A stretch of DNA of 44,200 bases from a virus, in IMG/VR virus record IMGVR_UViG_3300045988_113957, positions 1 through 44,200 of that record; one strand, given 5' to 3'. The position numbers and the translations under genes were made by a program. How positions within the stretch are numbered: position 1 is the first letter of the stretch; every line of letters starts with the position of its first letter. Of this stretch, positions 40,515 to 44,200 are shown in pieces. Under the pieces are notes generated by a model, which saw only the letters and a program-made list of their open reading frames with translations, ran no database searches and was not told the origin of the DNA.

Positions 40515-40655
40515 ATGAGCAACGGAAACATGAGTACAGGGGCAAAAATCATCCTCGGGTTGATACTGTTTGCCATCGGGGCGGCACTCATACTCAGCGC
40601 AACGACAGGAACATCATGTGTGCCTGCATGTGCGGTAAGGGTGACGTTGCAGTAA
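40515..40655 (+). CDS. 46-aa single-TM peptide
   Basis: GGAGGtaaaaaATG; MSNGNMSTGAKIILGLILFAIGAALILSATTG...; below the ORF-track cutoff. Confidence 0.45.
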   Translation: MSNGNMSTGAKIILGLILFAIGAALILSATTGTSCVPACAVRVTLQ

Positions 40656-40738
40656 CACAGACTACACGAACAAACGAGTGCCGTAAAAATGCTTGCGGCA
40701 CTCAATTTCGATTTATAAAACAAGGAGCAACATAAAGA

Positions 40739-41548
40739 ATGCACTATCAAGGCGGCAAATACAGATTCATCAAGCACATAACGCCGATAATACAGGCGGA
40801 GATAGACAAACACCAAGCACGGCATTTTGTATCGCCGTTTTGTGGGGCTTGCAACATCGAGAGCGCAATCGTGCATACCGATAAAACCTGCAACGACAAG
40901 AATGAGTATATCATTCGAATGTGGCGGGAATTACAGCAAGGCAGGGAGTTCCCGTCAACAGTCACGGAAGAGCAGTACAAGTATGTGCGTGACCACAAGG
41001 ACGAAGACCCCGCATTGACAGGATTCATCGGAGCGGGCTGTTCGTACGCAGGAAAATGGTTTCACGGCTACGCAAGAGACAGAACTGGAAAGAATTACGC
41101 CGACCAAGCGAAACGTGGCAATGAAACAACGATGGATGGCAGGATATACCGCAATTTTGCCCGTGAAGCGAAAGACAGCAACGAACGCATGATGCAGGCA
41201 GGGCTGAAACACGCAGTATTTACGGCAGGGGACTACAGGGACGTGGAGATACCGCCCGACACGGTAATGTATTGCGACCCTCCGTATGCCGACACGCACG
41301 GATATGACGGCGCAAAGGGATTCAACTCCGCCGAATTTTGGGCATACATGGAAGAGCTTCTTGATAACACACCTAATCTGTCAATCTTTGTATCCGAGCA
41401 GACCGCACCAAGCGGATGGCGGGAAGTATGGCAGGAAGAGTGTTTGCAGGAAGTCCACAAGAACCCAAAGAACACAGGCAGGCGCAGAATGGAGCGGCTG
41501 TTTTACAAAACAAACAGAGAGGAACAGGATGGACACATCGAGACTTGA
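40739..41548 (+). CDS. dam: Dam-type N6-adenine DNA methyltransferase
   Basis: N-terminal YQGGKY, SPFCGACN (SAM-binding region), catalytic DPPY. Confidence 0.8.
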   Translation: MHYQGGKYRFIKHITPIIQAEIDKHQARHFVSPFCGACNIESAIVHTDKTCNDKNEYIIRMWRELQQGREFPSTVTEEQYKYVRDHKDEDPALTGFIGAGCSYAGKWFHGYARDRTGKNYADQAKRGNETTMDGRIYRNFAREAKDSNERMMQAGLKHAVFTAGDYRDVEIPPDTVMYCDPPYADTHGYDGAKGFNSAEFWAYMEELLDNTPNLSIFVSEQTAPSGWREVWQEECLQEVHKNPKNTGRRRMERLFYKTNREEQDGHIET

Positions 41549-42950
41549 GATAATACGGCAGTGCAGCCCCGCACAAAACCCCGATAAGACCCGCTACACA
41601 TGGGATGAGCGGGGAATGGGGCTGTTATTTGCGGAGGCATACAGGGACGTACTGCGGTACTGCCCGGAACGCAAAACATGGTATGCGTATGCGGACGGAC
41701 GATGGCAGCCCGACGCAGGCGCATTATTGTGTGCCGAGCAGATAAAGGCGTTCAGCCGCCTAATGACGCTGTATTGCGCCGAGATAGAGGATGACAGCCT
41801 AAGGCAGGCTTATACATCGTTCGTTGCAAAAATGGGCGACAGGCGGTTTAGAGACCGTATAGCGAAGGATGCCGCCAGCGTATTCCCTATATCGGCACGG
41901 CAGTTTGACAGCAAGCCCGAGCTTATAAATTGCAAGAACGGCACATACGACTTGCAGGCAATGCGCTTCCGCAAACATGATTGGCGGGACTTTCTGACAA
42001 TGCAGACAAATTTTAGGTACACGCATACCCCGCCGCAATGCGGCAGATGGGAACGTTTCATCGCCGAAATCACGGAAGGCGACACGGATAAAGCGGAATA
42101 CCTCCAGAAAGCCGCAGGATACGCTGTAACAGGCTTTAACCGTGAAGAGTGTATGTTTATACTCTGGGGCAAAAGCACCCGCAACGGCAAATCTACGCTG
42201 TTAAACGCTATACAGTATGCACTGGGCGATTACGGCACTGTAGCACCTGTCAGCGTGATATGCACGCACGGAACGAGCAGGAATGCAGATTCGGCAACTC
42301 CGACCCTTGCAAGGCTTGCGGGCAAACGTTTCGTTACAATGGCGGAATCGAACCAGTACGGTAGGCTTGATGAGGAAACGGTAAAACAAATCACCGGCGG
42401 TGAGGAAATATCAGCAAGGAATCTCTATGAAAGCCCGATAACGTATCTTCCGCAGTTTACATTGTGGCTGTCATGCAACGACCTTCCCGAGGTCAGGGAC
42501 AAATCCGTATTTGCAAGCGACCGCATACGCCTAATCGAGCTCAACAGGCATTTCGGTGAAGCCGAGCGGGATGAAACCTTAAAGGACTACTTCCGGCAGG
42601 AAGACGCAATGCAGGGCATTTTTAAGTGGCTGACGGACGGTTATGCAATGTACAGACAGCAGGGACTAAAACTCCCCGACAGCATGAAACAGAGCTTGCG
42701 CAAATACGAAACCTCAAACGATGTTGTAGCCCAGTACATAATCTCGAACTGTTCGGAAATTCCGACAGGTTCAACCTTTATAACCGATTTGTATATACGA
42801 TATAAATCTTTCTGTAAAGAAAATGGATATTATATCATGAACGCACGGAAATTTGCAGAGAATATACAAGAGAGATATGAAGTCAGGAAAGACGAAAACG
42901 GATATAATTGTGCAGTCGGACTGATTCTAAAACAAAAAAACAATCAGTAA
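41529..42950 (+). CDS. SF3 helicase (D5 / P4-primase C-terminal type), no primase domain seen
   Basis: Start MDTSRL after AGAGAGGAACAGG; D5_N-like N-terminus; Walker A GKSTRNGKST; Walker B region FVTMAES. The ORF-track 5' extension overlaps dam and was rejected. Confidence 0.75.
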   Translation: MDTSRLEIIRQCSPAQNPDKTRYTWDERGMGLLFAEAYRDVLRYCPERKTWYAYADGRWQPDAGALLCAEQIKAFSRLMTLYCAEIEDDSLRQAYTSFVAKMGDRRFRDRIAKDAASVFPISARQFDSKPELINCKNGTYDLQAMRFRKHDWRDFLTMQTNFRYTHTPPQCGRWERFIAEITEGDTDKAEYLQKAAGYAVTGFNREECMFILWGKSTRNGKSTLLNAIQYALGDYGTVAPVSVICTHGTSRNADSATPTLARLAGKRFVTMAESNQYGRLDEETVKQITGGEEISARNLYESPITYLPQFTLWLSCNDLPEVRDKSVFASDRIRLIELNRHFGEAERDETLKDYFRQEDAMQGIFKWLTDGYAMYRQQGLKLPDSMKQSLRKYETSNDVVAQYIISNCSEIPTGSTFITDLYIRYKSFCKENGYYIMNARKFAENIQERYEVRKDENGYNCAVGLILKQKNNQ

Positions 42951-42965
42951 AGGAGAAAAAACAAA

Positions 42966-43190
42966 ATGACAATCAGGGAAGTATTCGAAAGCATTGAAAG
43001 AAACAACGGAGAGAACAAGTCACAGATAGCCAAACGGATAGGAATTAAACGACAATATTATACCTATGCCGTGAACGAGAAATCCTGCTCATGCTTAAAG
43101 GGCGAGACTCTCTCCCGATGGCTAAAGGCTTTAGGCTACCAGTTAGTAATCGAGAAAGAAGACGGAACGGAAAGTTTTGTAATCGACTGA
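42966..43190 (+). CDS. XRE-like HTH regulator (74 aa)
   Basis: NKSQIAKRIGIKRQYYTYAVN helix-turn-helix; RBS AAGGAGA. Confidence 0.55.
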   Translation: MTIREVFESIERNNGENKSQIAKRIGIKRQYYTYAVNEKSCSCLKGETLSRWLKALGYQLVIEKEDGTESFVID

Positions 43191-43253
43191 TATTGCTCAA
43201 AGGGAAATTGTCAAGTGATTTACCGTAAAATGGGGTAAAATGCGGTATTTCGC

Positions 43254-43282
43254 TTGACAGTGTGTATCTCTTTTATTATATA
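43254..43282 (+). promoter_or_regulatory. Promoter candidate upstream of terS (distal)
   Basis: CGC-TTGACA, 17 nt, TATATA. Confidence 0.5.
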
Positions 43283-43357
43283 GTACTCTCCTATAGGAAG
43301 GTTATACAGGGTGTCAAGTAAATAATTGACAAAACAGGGCGTTTTTAAGGAAAACGC

Positions 43358-43388
43358 TTGACAAAACACTCAGGAATTGTGGTATAAT
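43358..43388 (+). promoter_or_regulatory. Promoter upstream of terS (proximal)
   Basis: AAAACGC-TTGACA, 19 nt, TGgTATAAT (the extended -10 compensates for the long spacer). Confidence 0.6.
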
Positions 43389-43427
43389 AGAGTAAATAAT
43401 ATATTATCAGTAACGGAGAAAGGGAAA

Positions 43428-43973
43428 ATGGAAGAAAAAAAGACAGGAACGAAGAATAACAGCAGGAAACAATCAACGGCAGTATCAAAACCAAAGCACA
43501 TGAAGGTTGCGACTCCGCAAAACGATGAATCAAGGGCAATGGTATCTCAGCTATTGTCCGAGGTTGCTGTTGCAGCACGGATGCCCAAGGTTCGCAACGA
43601 TGAAGAACTCGCTCTCAGGTTCGAACAGTATTTCGCTTATTGCTCCGCTAACGGTATCATCCCCACAATCGAAGAGATGTATCTCTACACAGGCTACTCA
43701 ATCGGCAGTGTAAACAATTGGCTTGAAGGTAAACACGGATTCAGTCAGCATACAGCGTCTATTGTGAGACGAGCAAGAGACTTTGTGCAAGCGTCTGATG
43801 CTAAACTTGCAATTAGCGGTAAAATCGATAAAATATTATATATATTTAGGGGGAAGAATTTTTATTCAATGACCGATTCTGTCAAAATTGTGGCAGAAAT
43901 GCAGCAAACTGAGGGCAAAAGTGTCAAAGAATTGCAAGAAATATACGCAAAGTCAATACCAATTGAGGAATAA
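43428..43973 (+). CDS. terS: Terminase small subunit
   Basis: GGAGAAAGGGAAAATG; DEELALRFEQYFAYCSANGIIPTIEEMYLYTGYSIGSVNNWL (HTH) and ...ILYIFRGKNFYSMTD are typical of Terminase_2-type TerS. Confidence 0.75.
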   Translation: MEEKKTGTKNNSRKQSTAVSKPKHMKVATPQNDESRAMVSQLLSEVAVAARMPKVRNDEELALRFEQYFAYCSANGIIPTIEEMYLYTGYSIGSVNNWLEGKHGFSQHTASIVRRARDFVQASDAKLAISGKIDKILYIFRGKNFYSMTDSVKIVAEMQQTEGKSVKELQEIYAKSIPIEE

Positions 43974-44004
43974 CGGGGCTACTTTAGGTCAATTTCGCAC
44001 AAAA

Positions 44005-44020
44005 TGTTTCACGAGAAACA
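44005..44020. repeat. Inverted repeat TGTTTC-acga-GAAACA
   Basis: Second copy of the motif at 7..24 (equivalent to 44152..44169), about 147 bp away. Confidence 0.75.
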
Positions 44021-44082
44021 CCATGGCGGGGACTATTGTGCTGTTTTGTATATTATATTGTGGCAAACTTGTGACAAAATGT

Positions 44083-44138
44083 GTCAGCGACTCTCTGGCG
44101 CAAACGACTTTAAAAAGTCAGCGACTCTCTGGCGCAAA
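44083..44138. repeat. Two exact 22-bp direct repeats GTCAGCGACTCTCTGGCGCAAA (44083-44104, 44117-44138)
   Basis: Perfect copies 34 bp apart (start to start) in non-coding DNA downstream of terS. Confidence 0.9.
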
Positions 44139-44145
44139 TTCATAT

Positions 44146-44200
44146 AAAAAAATGTTTCCCGTGAAACATTATGACGGTATTACATACTGTAAAATGTTTG
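44146..44200. repeat. 55-bp terminal direct repeat (copy of 1..55)
   Basis: Exact identity with the first 55 bases. Confidence 0.95.

Noticed and set aside
41286-41528. 81-codon N-terminal extension of the SF3 helicase ORF
   Set aside because: It lies entirely inside the dam gene in another frame. D5_N-like sequence and an RBS begin at 41529.

Overview
This window is a complete, circularly closed tailed-phage genome of 44,145 unique bp; bases 1-55 recur exactly at 44146-44200. A long non-contractile tail is inferred from the 1,241-aa tape measure and the absence of a sheath gene. GGAGG-type RBSs, about 11 near-consensus sigmaA-type promoters and the gene families present suggest a Bacillota (probably Clostridia) host. 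Gene order on the + strand: terS (43428); [gap]; terL; SPP1 gp6-like portal; MuF/gp7-like protein; scaffold; capsid; neck genes; major tail protein; G/GT-type chaperone with a GGGAAAC -1 slip site; tape measure; tail tip and fibre genes; NlpC/P60 endolysin with holin. A terminator-insulated post-lysis accessory module follows (20.9-23.5 kb): a sigma-region-4-like mini HTH, P/Q- and Q/M-rich proteins, a Gly/Cys-rich membrane protein, a BclA-C/DUF3992-like Cys-bearing beta protein, and a ferritin-like protein. Next comes a recombination and replication operon: Gp157, Rad52/Sak annealase, SSB, a replisome organiser carrying a 163-bp AT-only poly-Asn tract, a DnaC-like loader, RusA, two decayed HNH-like genes and a DUF5664-like dNTPase. 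Three further promoter-driven operons encode many small 4-Cys proteins, two pentapeptide-repeat proteins, a BRO/Ant antirepressor, a PAPS-reductase-like protein, ThyX, a short C5-MTase-like protein, Dam, an SF3 helicase and an XRE HTH. The only substantial minus-strand block is a self-contained five-gene cassette (378-2524) between terS and terL. It is bounded by a 13-bp direct repeat and encodes two strongly acidic paralogs. No integrase, CI-type repressor, tRNA or CRISPR array was recognised. The best leads are the terS/terL-splitting antisense cassette, the post-lysis Cys-rich module, a promoter-plus-terminator unit without a long ORF that faces a 41-codon antisense ORF (23.5-23.85 kb), the two pentapeptide-repeat proteins, and the putative origin embedded in the replisome-organiser gene. 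All family assignments come from motif recognition by eye and need HMM or structure confirmation.
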